From: a bacterium
GTDB taxonomy: Bacteria > Patescibacteriota > Minisyncoccia > Phycocordibacterales > UBA9973
Reading direction: 5' to 3'
Assembly (NCBI GenBank): GCA_037143195.1
Contig: JBAWZD010000001.1
Coordinates: 272,892-336,891 of the forward strand
Length of the DNA stretch: 64,000 nucleotides
In this document: piece by piece, positions 28,761 to 38,548 of the stretch
How positions within the stretch are numbered: the stretch's first letter is position 1
How the letters are laid out: each line of letters begins with the position of its first letter
Position numbers and translations under genes: made by a program
Notes under the pieces: model-generated
Database searches by the model: none
What the model was told of the DNA's origin: nothing
Seen by the model: the letters and a program-made list of their open reading frames with translations, nothing else

Positions 28761-29453
28761 TTATTTTACTTCGACAAAATCCTCGTCGAAGATTTTCATG
28801 GCGGTTTGCCATGATCCTTGGTCAGCGTGCATGTACGCTAATGCGCGTAACACATTCGCACGATAGCCCGTAGCTACTTGCAGAACAGCGCAAATACGCT
28901 CGAATGGCACCTTCCCTTGCGACATCAGGCTCGCTGATTGCAATGAGGCTATAACCTTCTTGTTTTCGGACAGGTTCATTACGCAAGCGATTTGCTCGGT
29001 ACTTAGTTGCGAATGTCGACACGCGTCGATCGCACAGCTAAGTAATTGTGAATCCGAAATTGCCGGCATTGAGACGGCCATCGGAAGTGAAAACTTCGCC
29101 TCGCAACTTGCGAAAAATAAATCTTCTGCAATATTGATAGCTTCAATGTCAATTGTTGCGATTGCTAGGATCATGCAAATAGCCGTTTTATTTTCTTTCG
29201 TGTAGCGAATAAGCCACACAATTTCATCTAACGAAACTTTGGCTTTCGCCAATAATGCGGCTACTCTTAATGATGCTGTCACTCGATTTTTCGAACACGC
29301 ACTTTCAATTTTTCCTATTTCCCAGTTTTTTAATCCTGCCTGGAGACAGGATTCCCTCGCACACAAATACTGAGGGGTCTGCGCAATTGTTTGCGCTTCT
29401 TTGTTGCTGTTGATACCTTTTTTGCCTTTTCCTACTAAATTGTTTGAACGCAT
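28761..29453 (-). CDS. Hypothetical protein
   Basis: 230-aa ORF with RBS-like GGGGGAGCAGAACC upstream. Confidence 0.4.
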   Translation of the reverse strand: MRSNNLVGKGKKGINSNKEAQTIAQTPQYLCARESCLQAGLKNWEIGKIESACSKNRVTASLRVAALLAKAKVSLDEIVWLIRYTKENKTAICMILAIATIDIEAINIAEDLFFASCEAKFSLPMAVSMPAISDSQLLSCAIDACRHSQLSTEQIACVMNLSENKKVIASLQSASLMSQGKVPFERICAVLQVATGYRANVLRALAYMHADQGSWQTAMKIFDEDFVEVK

Positions 29454-29756
29454 GGTTCTGCTCCCCCGTTGGAGACTTTTAATTTAATCCGGGTTAAAAT
29501 CGGTCTTTCCCGCGTCAGCTTTCTTACGTAACTCATCTCCATGGCAGGCTGGCCATATATAGTATCGAGTTTTACTTTTGCGGAGAGGACTTGCGATTTC
29601 GCGTACCTAGGTAAGAGCGCGCGATGTACAGATGGTGCGCACCGTGCGCTCTTACTTAGGGTTGAATGTTGGTTTATGTTTTCAACGTATATTGCACATT
29701 GTCTATAGTTTACCATATATAGACACTAGTGTCAATTAGTGTTATGGTACAAAAAA

Positions 29757-30473
29757 TTAGATGATCGTCATCAAACTCGAAATGACCGGTGACATCGTTC
29801 CGGCTGTCCACAAGTATGGAGCTGTGCCCGTGAGATCGCGACCAGCAAGCTTGTAGAGCTGAACAGTAAGTGAATCACCGATGACCGCAGTCATAGCAAT
29901 ACTACTCTGCACGCTGAGTGTGACCGATCCCCCAGCTGGAACGAGAAGTCCACTTGATGTTGTGGCTGTGTAAATCAGTGGGTGATTTGGAATACCGGTA
30001 GATGTTGGAACAACAAGAATGGGATTACCGAACATACTTGTACCACTAAATACAGCAACCTTGTAAACATCGGTCGGCGTCGTGTCGTTCAAACCAAATT
30101 GCATGCGAAGAAGTGCGACTGGACACGCGGTTGGATTTGAAACAACAAACTGTCCAAGTGTTCCGGTACTGCCATGGGTAACATTACCAGAAAGGAATGT
30201 TGAATCTGCAGTAACAACGAGTGTCCCCGAACTTGCCGTTGGAGTAGTTGGACATGTCCAAGTCGAGCCAGCGACAGTCGTTCCTGTACCTGTTCCATAT
30301 CCCACTGCGCTTGTCGCTGCTGGAGAAACGCCGACACTTCCGGTATTTTGAAGTGCGTCTGTGTGCATACTTTTGTACACAAAAAATCCGGCGAGAATAC
30401 AAGCACCAACGACAACCAAAATTTTTACACCGTTATTTTCAGAATTTTTCCAAAAGGCAATAAGTGATTTCAT
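29757..30473 (-). CDS. Hypothetical Thr/Ser/Gly-rich surface protein with N-terminal anchor
   Basis: 238 aa, N-terminal TM/signal, low-complexity T/S/G-rich beta-type sequence. Confidence 0.45.
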   Translation of the reverse strand: MKSLIAFWKNSENNGVKILVVVGACILAGFFVYKSMHTDALQNTGSVGVSPAATSAVGYGTGTGTTVAGSTWTCPTTPTASSGTLVVTADSTFLSGNVTHGSTGTLGQFVVSNPTACPVALLRMQFGLNDTTPTDVYKVAVFSGTSMFGNPILVVPTSTGIPNHPLIYTATTSSGLLVPAGGSVTLSVQSSIAMTAVIGDSLTVQLYKLAGRDLTGTAPYLWTAGTMSPVISSLMTII

Positions 30474-30576
30474 GGTATTGTCTACGATTACTAATAGTTA
30501 TGAGACAATTATAAACTGTCTCACTCATGTTGCAAGGCAAAAACAAATACAAGGACTTTGTGAATATTTCAAAAAG

Positions 30577-32319
30577 CTAATTACGTTCGCCGATTTGTTG
30601 ACGCCACATTGCGTAGTAGAGACCTTTTTGTGCAAGGAGATCATCGTGAGTACCTGACTCGACGATTTTTCCTTTTTCGAGTACGTGAATAGTGTCTGCA
30701 TGCATGACAGTCGAGAGACGGTGCGCGATGAGTACCGTAATATGTGAACGAACTTCGGACACATCTTTGATCGTCTTCCCTATTTCTTCCTCAGTGAGCG
30801 AGTCGAGTGAACTCGTGGCCTCGTCAAACACAAGTACGTTTGGTTTACGGAGCAGAGCACGTGCGATCGAGAGACGCTGTTTTTCTCCACCTGATACTTT
30901 GACTCCACCTTCACCGATGACAGTGTCGAGTCCTTGCCCACCACGTGCGAGCAGGTTTTGACATTGCGCTTTTGCGAGCGCATCAAGACATTCTGCATCA
31001 GTTGCGTTTGGATAGACGAAACGAAGATTCTCGCGAATCGTTCCTGCAAAGAGCTGAGTGTCTTGCGTGACAAATCCGATTTGTTTTCGCAATTCATCTT
31101 TCTGCATTTCGTCGTGACGTACCCCGTTGTAAAGCACGGCACCACTCGTTGGCTGATAGAGACCGACGAGCAATTTCACCATCGAAGTTTTGCCCGAACC
31201 AGATGGTCCAACGAACGCAACTGTCTGTCCACGACGCACACCATATGAAATATGTTCGAGTGCTTGGTTTTGTGCGCTTTTGTATCCAAACGAGACGTCC
31301 TTAAATTCAAGATGCTCAACAGTGCCGATTGGCGTTGGGTGTCCTGCTTCATGTTCAACTGGTGCGTCGAGCAGCAATTTGAAGTTCGCGAGCGATGCTT
31401 CTGCTTCGCGATATGTTGAAATGACCGTGCCCATTTCTTGGAGTGGATTGAATACGAAGAATGAGTAGACAAAAAGTGAAAAGAATTCACCGAAGGTTAT
31501 TACCTTGGCAAAAATGAGATACACGAGGAAAAAGAGAATACTCGTGCGAATGAAGTTGATGACAGTACCTTGAATGAAGCTGAGACTTCGGAGATAGCGA
31601 AGTTTTTTGAGTTCAAGCGTCAGAATTTTGTTTGTCGTTGTGTTGAGGCGGTCGACTTCTTGATCGGCAAGTCCAAGACTCTTTACGAGCTCGATGTTGC
31701 GAAGCGATTCTGTCGTTGAGCCCGCAAGTGCTGTCGTTTCTCGAACGATCACTGTTTGTATGCGTTTGATCTTTTGAGACAACAATAAACTCATGCCTCC
31801 GATGATAGGTACAGTAGAAAGAAACGCCACGGCCACACCCCAATAGATATGCACGGCGTAAATCGCGACGAAGATGAATCCGACAAGGGAAACGAAGAGG
31901 ATATTGATGAGCGCAGCGATCAATTTTTCCGTGTCATCACGTACTTTTTGGAGTTTCCCGAGGGTTTCGCCGCTGCGCTCATCCTCAAAACTCTCATATG
32001 GCAACGCAAGTGAATGTGCAATCCCGTCTCGATACAAATCAGCTCCAACACGCTTGCTCACCCCATTCAAGAAATAATCTTGAAAATTCTTTGCAGTGCG
32101 AGAGATAAATGCCACTCCGACGATCGCAAGGAGAAGCAATCCAACACCACGGAAAAATTCCGCTCGTGTATAGAGATCGGGCTTCATCGCATACTCGTCG
32201 ATCACATGACGAAAGATATATGGATCGAGTAATGAGAAAATCTGGTTGATACTCGCAAGCACAATAGTAAGGACGCACAGCTTCCAATATTTTTTGAGAT
32301 AGTGATAAAAAATGTTCAT
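30577..32319 (-). CDS. ABC exporter, fused permease/ATPase (MsbA/type-I exporter family)
   Basis: Six-TM N-terminal domain; Walker A GPSGSGKTS, signature LSGGEKQR, Walker B LVFDEATS, H-loop. The ORF extends to 32394; likely start is the MNIFYHY Met (~32319). Confidence 0.85.
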   Translation of the reverse strand: MNIFYHYLKKYWKLCVLTIVLASINQIFSLLDPYIFRHVIDEYAMKPDLYTRAEFFRGVGLLLLAIVGVAFISRTAKNFQDYFLNGVSKRVGADLYRDGIAHSLALPYESFEDERSGETLGKLQKVRDDTEKLIAALINILFVSLVGFIFVAIYAVHIYWGVAVAFLSTVPIIGGMSLLLSQKIKRIQTVIVRETTALAGSTTESLRNIELVKSLGLADQEVDRLNTTTNKILTLELKKLRYLRSLSFIQGTVINFIRTSILFFLVYLIFAKVITFGEFFSLFVYSFFVFNPLQEMGTVISTYREAEASLANFKLLLDAPVEHEAGHPTPIGTVEHLEFKDVSFGYKSAQNQALEHISYGVRRGQTVAFVGPSGSGKTSMVKLLVGLYQPTSGAVLYNGVRHDEMQKDELRKQIGFVTQDTQLFAGTIRENLRFVYPNATDAECLDALAKAQCQNLLARGGQGLDTVIGEGGVKVSGGEKQRLSIARALLRKPNVLVFDEATSSLDSLTEEEIGKTIKDVSEVRSHITVLIAHRLSTVMHADTIHVLEKGKIVESGTHDDLLAQKGLYYAMWRQQIGERN

Positions 32320-32380
32320 AGATGTGGGCAGATTATAGCAGGCTCGCAGAATTTGGCGAACATGGTAGAGTAGAGGGACT

Positions 32381-33157
32381 ATGCATGAGCCCATTATTTG
32401 TTTCGGACAGCAACCATGTGGGTTTTTCCCAAAGCGGTATGTTTATGCCAAAGTGTTGACTGCTCGTCGATTGCAAAAAGAGATTGGTGGCAAAATTGTA
32501 TTTTTCTATCACGACTCTGATGCTGATTACCGCGAGACTATTACCCTCTTTCGTGATCCGTTGAATGGCGAAGATGTGCGTCTCAACTTCACGCAAGCGA
32601 ACAAAATCCAAAAAAAATATTCTCCGCTCTATGCCAAAATGATTCCGGCCGGATGGCAGGATGAGATTGCTCGCAAACTTCCGCGATTGGTGCCTGCGCG
32701 ATTGGTGGAGATGTTCAAGAGCGCGAGCGGAGCGAGCGCGGGAGATTTTTGCCTCGACATGTACCAGAGACTCGGATTGCTCGATGGTATCGAAATAGTC
32801 CGCTCAGGCGACAAGGTATTCCGGACACAGGCAGACGAGCTCACGACGGACTACTACGCAGATATTCCATACGAAGGAGAAATCGTGCGCGCTGAAAAAT
32901 CTGGTGACTCGTTTCGTCTCCACGAAGGTGGCGGTAACTACATCACCGTTCCGAGCCCAGACCATATCGAAAAAACACAAAAAAACCCAGGACGAGACTA
33001 TCGCTTCCGCTGGATGCAATCTGTGGTACATTGTACGCATTACATCAGTGGTGCCGGCGAAAACGCCTATCTTAAGAAAGATGATTTCCCTGACGTAACA
33101 TTCGTAACTCGTGACGAAATCGCAGATTCAAATTACGCATATTTACCAGAAGCATAA
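32381..33157 (+). CDS. bshC: Short BshC-like protein (putative bacillithiol synthase N-terminal domain only)
   Basis: ICFGQQPCGFFPKRYVYAKVLTARRLQKEIGGKIVFFYHDSDADYRE aligns with the BshC GGQQAGL(L)TGPLY...FW.ASEDHD block; 258 aa versus ~540 aa for canonical BshC; leads a bshB/bshA operon. Confidence 0.5.
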   Translation: MHEPIICFGQQPCGFFPKRYVYAKVLTARRLQKEIGGKIVFFYHDSDADYRETITLFRDPLNGEDVRLNFTQANKIQKKYSPLYAKMIPAGWQDEIARKLPRLVPARLVEMFKSASGASAGDFCLDMYQRLGLLDGIEIVRSGDKVFRTQADELTTDYYADIPYEGEIVRAEKSGDSFRLHEGGGNYITVPSPDHIEKTQKNPGRDYRFRWMQSVVHCTHYISGAGENAYLKKDDFPDVTFVTRDEIADSNYAYLPEA

Positions 33158-33168
33158 TCAAAAAACAT

Positions 33169-33864
33169 ATGAAAAAAATTCTTGCTATCGGTGCACATCC
33201 AGATGATGTTGAGTTTGGCGTGAGCGGTCTCCTCATCAAAGAAATCAGTAACGGCGCACAAGTCAAAATTGTTGTGTGTTCGCTCGGTGAGGCAGGATCG
33301 AACGGAACTCCTTTGGGACGCAAGGCCGAAGCGGAATCTGCAGCCAAGCATATTGGTGCAGAATTTCAGTATGTCGACATGGGTGGCGATTGTCATATTG
33401 AAGACACTCCAGCCAATCGCAAAATCATTGCAGAAATTATTCGTACATGGAAGCCAGACATCGTGCTTGCGCCATCACTTACTGAGAACCAACATCCCGA
33501 CCATCTTGCTGTCGCTCACATCGCGCGCTCGGCGTCCCGCCTCGCGCGCTACGGCGGTCTCGAAGACCTCAAATCTCTCCCTGTCCACAGTATCGAAGCA
33601 CTCTACTACTATCCATCAAGTGCTGAATTCGACAAACGTCCTGATATCATCGTCGATGTCACAAACGAATATACAAAATGGACGGAGGCCATGAATCTCC
33701 ACGAGAGCCAAATGAAAACACGCGGATATATCAATCTCGTCACTAGCAAAGCAAAATATCTCGGCGCAACCGTTGGAGTAGATTATGCGATCGGTCTTTG
33801 GGTCAATGATTCAGTCATGGTAGACACGCTCGAAGCGCTTGGATCATCACGAAAATATAAATGA
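33169..33864 (+). CDS. bshB: PIG-L/LmbE family N-acetylglucosaminyl deacetylase (BshB-like)
   Basis: N-terminal AIGAHPDDVEFG zinc-binding motif and HPDH motif of LmbE-like deacetylases. Confidence 0.7.
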   Translation: MKKILAIGAHPDDVEFGVSGLLIKEISNGAQVKIVVCSLGEAGSNGTPLGRKAEAESAAKHIGAEFQYVDMGGDCHIEDTPANRKIIAEIIRTWKPDIVLAPSLTENQHPDHLAVAHIARSASRLARYGGLEDLKSLPVHSIEALYYYPSSAEFDKRPDIIVDVTNEYTKWTEAMNLHESQMKTRGYINLVTSKAKYLGATVGVDYAIGLWVNDSVMVDTLEALGSSRKYK

Positions 33865-35030
33865 ACCATACACAGCAAAAAAATACAAAAAAACATCTCG
33901 CCATAGGTATTGTGTGCTATCCATCAGTCGGTGGCTCAGGCATCGTTGCAACACAACTCGGCACTGAACTTGCGCGCCTCGGACACAAAGTGCATTTCAT
34001 TAGTTATGACGAACCGTTCAAACTCGATACGAACGAGCCGAATATTTCGTTCGACAAAGTAACCTTCAACGGATACGAGCTTTTTAAATATCCTGATTAC
34101 ACATTGCCCCTCGCGGTCAAAATGGTCGACGTCGCAAAGAAGTACAAACTCGATATTCTCCACGTACACTACGCCGTGCCTCATGCGACAGCAGCGCTCC
34201 TCGCCAAAAGTATCGCGAATGAAGAGAAACTTCCCTTTCCTCACGTCGTCACCACACTCCACGGCACAGACATCACGCTTCTTGGTCGAGACAAGACCGT
34301 CATGCCCGTCATCAAATATTCGATCGAAAGCTCATGTGGTGTGACAGCGGTTTCAGAGAGCCTGAGAAAAGACACGGTCAAAGTACTCAAAACAAAAAAA
34401 GAAATCCGAGTCATTCACAATTTTTACAATCCAAAAACACCAACACAATCTCGCGAATCAATTCGTGCGAGTATCGGCGTGCGTGACGACGAATTCCTTG
34501 CGATTCATCTTTCAAATCTTCGTCCCGTCAAACGTATTCCTGATTTGATTGATATTATCAAAAAAGTAAAAAAACATCCGCGCATCAAATTACTCATTCT
34601 CGCTGGTGGAGATTTTTCGGTCTTTGAGCCACTCGTCAAAAAATACGGACTCGAAAATCGCATCATCGTACTTCCTCGTGTGCTTGATATTGAAAATTAC
34701 ATCAATGCATCAGACATCGGCGTGTACACATCCGAAGAAGAAAGTTTCGGCATGGGCATTCTTGAAACTCTTTCCTATGGCAAACCCATCCTCGCCACAC
34801 GTGCGGGAGGTATCCCAGAGTTCATGAAGAACGGCAAAACAGGTTTCCTCTTTAAAATCAGCGACACGAGTGGTATGGCGCACAAACTCGCCGAACTCGC
34901 AAAGAATCCAGACCTTGTTGCGAAACTCGGCGAACATGCAAAAAACCTTGCACAATCAGAGTTTACTGCCGAGAAAAAAGTCCAAGAATACGTCGACTAC
35001 TACCGCACGATCATCGCCTCGGGAAAATAA
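33861..35030 (+). CDS. bshA: GT4 glycosyltransferase (BshA-like)
   Basis: N-terminal YPSVGGSGIVATQLGTELARLGHKVHFI characteristic of BshA-type GT4 enzymes; C-terminal GT-B E..G...EA motif; 4-nt overlap with bshB. Confidence 0.7.
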   Translation: MNHTQQKNTKKHLAIGIVCYPSVGGSGIVATQLGTELARLGHKVHFISYDEPFKLDTNEPNISFDKVTFNGYELFKYPDYTLPLAVKMVDVAKKYKLDILHVHYAVPHATAALLAKSIANEEKLPFPHVVTTLHGTDITLLGRDKTVMPVIKYSIESSCGVTAVSESLRKDTVKVLKTKKEIRVIHNFYNPKTPTQSRESIRASIGVRDDEFLAIHLSNLRPVKRIPDLIDIIKKVKKHPRIKLLILAGGDFSVFEPLVKKYGLENRIIVLPRVLDIENYINASDIGVYTSEEESFGMGILETLSYGKPILATRAGGIPEFMKNGKTGFLFKISDTSGMAHKLAELAKNPDLVAKLGEHAKNLAQSEFTAEKKVQEYVDYYRTIIASGK

Positions 35031-35055
35031 TATTCTGTGGTATAGTACTTACACC

Positions 35056-35976
35056 ATGCAAAATTTCGCAGACAAACTCATCGAAGCAATCAAAGAAAAA
35101 GGCAATCCATGCATCATCGGACTTGATCCCCGCATGGAGCTCATTCCTCAAGCATTTTTTGCTGAAGGTGAAGACAAAACCAAAAACGAACTCATCGAAG
35201 ATAGTATTTTTGAATGGGCAGAATGTATCATCGACAAGATCAAAGACCTCGTCCCTGCGGTCAAATTCCAAAGTGCATTTTACGAACAATATGGCGTCCC
35301 CGGCATGTGGGCAATGAAGCGCGCGATCTCATACGCCAAAAGTGCTGGACTCATCGTTGTCATTGATGCGAAGCGTAACGATATCGGATCAACTGCGGAA
35401 GCATACGCGAATGCATTCATCGGTCGCTCAAAGATAATCGACACGGAAGATCCTATTTTCGACGGCGACTGCGTCACAGTCTCGCCATTCCTCGGTCGCG
35501 ATAGTTTGCTCCCTTTCGTCGAAGCATGTAAAAAATACGGCAAAGGAATTTTCATCCTCGTCAAAACAAGTAACCCGGGTTCAGGAGATTTCCAAGACGT
35601 TAAAAATGAACATGGTGAACCACTCTACACCGTACTCGCAAAAATCGTCGCCGAACTCGGAGATGGACTCGTCGGCACACATGGCTATAGTTCAGTCGGT
35701 GCTGTTGTCGGAGCGACTCATCCAGAAGAAGCCAAGGTTCTTCGCACAATGATGCCAAAAGCATTCTTCCTCGTGCCTGGATATGGCGCACAAGGTGGCA
35801 CAGCAAGCGACACACTCCCATGCTTTAACCCTGACCACATGGGTGCGCTCGTACACTCAGCACGCAACATAACCTTCACACACGCAGATCAAAATATCAG
35901 CAAAAATGAATACGGCTACTTCGTCCGCGAAAACGTCGAGAAAATGATTGCCGACGTTACCGCCGTCCTCAAATAA
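35056..35976 (+). CDS. pyrF: Orotidine-5'-phosphate decarboxylase, long type-2 form
   Basis: IIGLDPRME and VIDAKRNDIGST catalytic motifs; ~306 aa; start chosen at the MQNFADK Met. Confidence 0.75.
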   Translation: MQNFADKLIEAIKEKGNPCIIGLDPRMELIPQAFFAEGEDKTKNELIEDSIFEWAECIIDKIKDLVPAVKFQSAFYEQYGVPGMWAMKRAISYAKSAGLIVVIDAKRNDIGSTAEAYANAFIGRSKIIDTEDPIFDGDCVTVSPFLGRDSLLPFVEACKKYGKGIFILVKTSNPGSGDFQDVKNEHGEPLYTVLAKIVAELGDGLVGTHGYSSVGAVVGATHPEEAKVLRTMMPKAFFLVPGYGAQGGTASDTLPCFNPDHMGALVHSARNITFTHADQNISKNEYGYFVRENVEKMIADVTAVLK

Positions 35977-36990
35977 TTAACTGAGCAGTTCGGGTTCTGG
36001 CTCAATACTGATTCCGTACTTTTCTTGGACAGCATCTCTGATTTGGAGAATGACGTCACTGAGTTCAGCTCGTGTACCTCCGCCTTCGTTCACAATCACC
36101 ATTGCATTGCCTTTGTAGAGCGAGAAATTGCCGATACGTTTGCCTTTCCAGCCCATCGTATCGATGAGCGAGCCGGTGCCCACTTTGGCGGTCGCAGTGT
36201 CGACATCATAAATCGCAAGTGTTGGGAAATCTGCACGCAATTGATTTGCTTTTTCAATCGGCACAAAACTATTTTTAAAAAATGAACCGACCGACGCGAC
36301 CTCTTTTGGATCAGGAAGTTTCTTGGTGCGAATCGCAATGATTGCGTTTCGAATATCTTCGAGGCTTGCTGCGCGGATATTGTGCTCGGCGAGATAGTCG
36401 GCGACTCCTGGGTATTGTGGAACGTCGGGGAGCTCGCGCGATAGCGCGAGCGTAATCTCAGTGATGACGTACCGCCCCTTGCCTGCGTTTTTGAAAATAC
36501 TGTCTCGATATCCAAATTTACATTCTTTGTTTGAAAATACAACCATCGATTTGGTCCACAAATCGTACGCTCGAAGCGACGTAAGCACATCACGAATTTC
36601 CGTTCCATATGCTCCAACATTTTGCACGGGAGTCGCTCCAGCAGTCCCCGGAATCCATGACAATGTCTCGATACCAGACAAATCGTTTTCCACAGCAAAT
36701 GCTACAACTGAATCCCAGATCTCACCTGAACCAACGACAAGTGTCGTCTCATCAACAAGGCGTTTTCCAAGGATTTGCGGTCGAATGAGCGTCATGTCGA
36801 GATCGCCATCAGGGAAGACAATATTTGAACCACCGCCAAGCAAAAACCACTTTTCGTCTTGTGGCATAAGGCGAAAAACCTCTTCGAGATCAGCCTCTGT
36901 TGTAACCGTAACAACTTCTCGGGCCGTTCCTCCGATACGAAACGTAGATAATTCACGAAGCGGTACATTGTATTCTCGCGTGATTGACAT
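35977..36990 (-). CDS. murB: UDP-N-acetylenolpyruvoylglucosamine reductase
   Basis: FAD-binding N-terminus (LSTFRIGGTAREV...LLGGGSNIV), MurB C-terminal domain; divergent from murA. Confidence 0.85.
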   Translation of the reverse strand: MSITREYNVPLRELSTFRIGGTAREVVTVTTEADLEEVFRLMPQDEKWFLLGGGSNIVFPDGDLDMTLIRPQILGKRLVDETTLVVGSGEIWDSVVAFAVENDLSGIETLSWIPGTAGATPVQNVGAYGTEIRDVLTSLRAYDLWTKSMVVFSNKECKFGYRDSIFKNAGKGRYVITEITLALSRELPDVPQYPGVADYLAEHNIRAASLEDIRNAIIAIRTKKLPDPKEVASVGSFFKNSFVPIEKANQLRADFPTLAIYDVDTATAKVGTGSLIDTMGWKGKRIGNFSLYKGNAMVIVNEGGGTRAELSDVILQIRDAVQEKYGISIEPEPELLS

Positions 36991-37027
36991 ATTGCAAATA
37001 TATCATATATGAGATATTATTTCCACT

Positions 37028-38545
37028 ATGGCAAAAACAAAAGATGATCAGGAAAAGATTGGTTTGTTTATCAAAAACCTCCGCGAAGAGCGAGGTCTCA
37101 CCCAAGCAGAATTCGCAAACGCACTCAATACCTCACAAAGCGCCGTTGCTCGCATGGAAAAAGGCGAACAAAATCTCACTGTCGCAAACCTCGCCAAAAT
37201 TAGCGAGCTCCTCGGTCGACAGATCCTCTCACTCTCAAAAAGTATGGATTTTGAAGTGACTGGTGGTCGTGAACTCAAAGGTAGTATCCGTACCAACTAT
37301 TCCAAAAACGGAGCGATCAACATGCTCTGTGCTTCCCTACTCAACAAAGGCAAAACAATTCTTCACGGAATTCCACGCATTGAAGAAGTATTTCGCTATA
37401 TCGAAATCATGGAGTCGCTCGGTGTCGCAGTACGCTGGATTGAAAAAGATACTCTCGAAATCATTCCACCAACGAAACTCACTTTTGATCGCATGAATCT
37501 CGAGTCTGCGCGCAAGACACGTTCATTCACATTCGTCGGAGCGCTCATTCACTGGCAGAAATCATTCTCATTCCCGCATTCTGGTGGATGCAAAATGGGC
37601 GAACGCACCATCGCCGCACACAAATACGGTCTCAGCAAATTTGGAGTGAATATTAAAACACTTACTGATAGTTACGATATCCGTTACAAGAAACTCAAAC
37701 CAGCAGAATTTGTACTCTACGAATCAAGTGACACGGGTGCTATTGGTATGCTCATTGCAGCCGCAGGGATTGCTGGCACTTCAATCATCCGCTTTGCTCC
37801 ACCGAACTACCAAGTTCAGGATGTGTGTTTCCTGATTGAAAAAATGGGAGTGAAGATTGAAGGCATTGGCACGACAACACTCACTGTGCACGGCCGCGAA
37901 AATATCAATGAAACGATCGAGCACTGGAACAGTGAAGATCCGATTGAATCAATGTTCTTCCTCTCAGCGGGAATCGTCACCAAGAGTTCGCTCACTGTCA
38001 CTCACTGCCCTATCGAATTCATCGAACTTGAAATCGAAAAGCTTCGCCAAATGGGAGTGAAGTTCAAGATGAGCAAGTCATACAAATCAAACAACGGACG
38101 CACCACGCTTCGTGATATTTCTGTCTCACCATCAAAGCTCATCGCTCCGCTTGAGAAATTGCACGCACAGCCATTCCCGGGAATGCAAAACGACAATCTT
38201 CCGTTCTTCGTACCAATCGCTACGCAAGCCAAAGGCACAACGCTCATTCATGACTGGACATGGGAAAATCGTGCGATCTACTTTACCGAACTCAACAAAC
38301 TTGGCGCGAATGTTCGTCTCGTTGATCCACATCGTGCATTCATCGAAGGACCAACGAAGCTCCGCGCAGCCCAAATCGTTTGCCCACCAGCACTTCGTCC
38401 ATCTGCGGTCATTTTGATTGCCATGCTCGCAGCCGAAGGCACATCGGTACTTCGCAATGTATATTCGATCACTCGTGGCTACGAAGAAATCGCCGAGCGT
38501 CTCAATGGTATTGGTGCACAGATTCGTGTCGTCAAAGGAATGTAA
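37028..38545 (+). CDS. murA: XRE-family HTH domain fused to UDP-N-acetylglucosamine 1-carboxyvinyltransferase
   Basis: aa 1-65 are a typical Cro/C1 HTH (LTQAEFANALNTSQSAVARMEKGEQNLTVANLAKISELLG); aa ~73-505 align end-to-end with MurA (FEVTGGRELKGSIR.., catalytic Cys loop SGGCKMGERTIAAH, C-terminal ITRGYEEIAERLNGIGAQIRVVKG); no stop codon between the two parts. Confidence 0.85.
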   Translation: MAKTKDDQEKIGLFIKNLREERGLTQAEFANALNTSQSAVARMEKGEQNLTVANLAKISELLGRQILSLSKSMDFEVTGGRELKGSIRTNYSKNGAINMLCASLLNKGKTILHGIPRIEEVFRYIEIMESLGVAVRWIEKDTLEIIPPTKLTFDRMNLESARKTRSFTFVGALIHWQKSFSFPHSGGCKMGERTIAAHKYGLSKFGVNIKTLTDSYDIRYKKLKPAEFVLYESSDTGAIGMLIAAAGIAGTSIIRFAPPNYQVQDVCFLIEKMGVKIEGIGTTTLTVHGRENINETIEHWNSEDPIESMFFLSAGIVTKSSLTVTHCPIEFIELEIEKLRQMGVKFKMSKSYKSNNGRTTLRDISVSPSKLIAPLEKLHAQPFPGMQNDNLPFFVPIATQAKGTTLIHDWTWENRAIYFTELNKLGANVRLVDPHRAFIEGPTKLRAAQIVCPPALRPSAVILIAMLAAEGTSVLRNVYSITRGYEEIAERLNGIGAQIRVVKGM

Positions 38546-38548
38546 TTT

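Noticed and set aside
29435-29716. 93-aa ORF in the 300-bp spacer
   Set aside because: It has no RBS, it overlaps a long hairpin, and the coding strand composition is atypical. I treat it as a non-coding leader.
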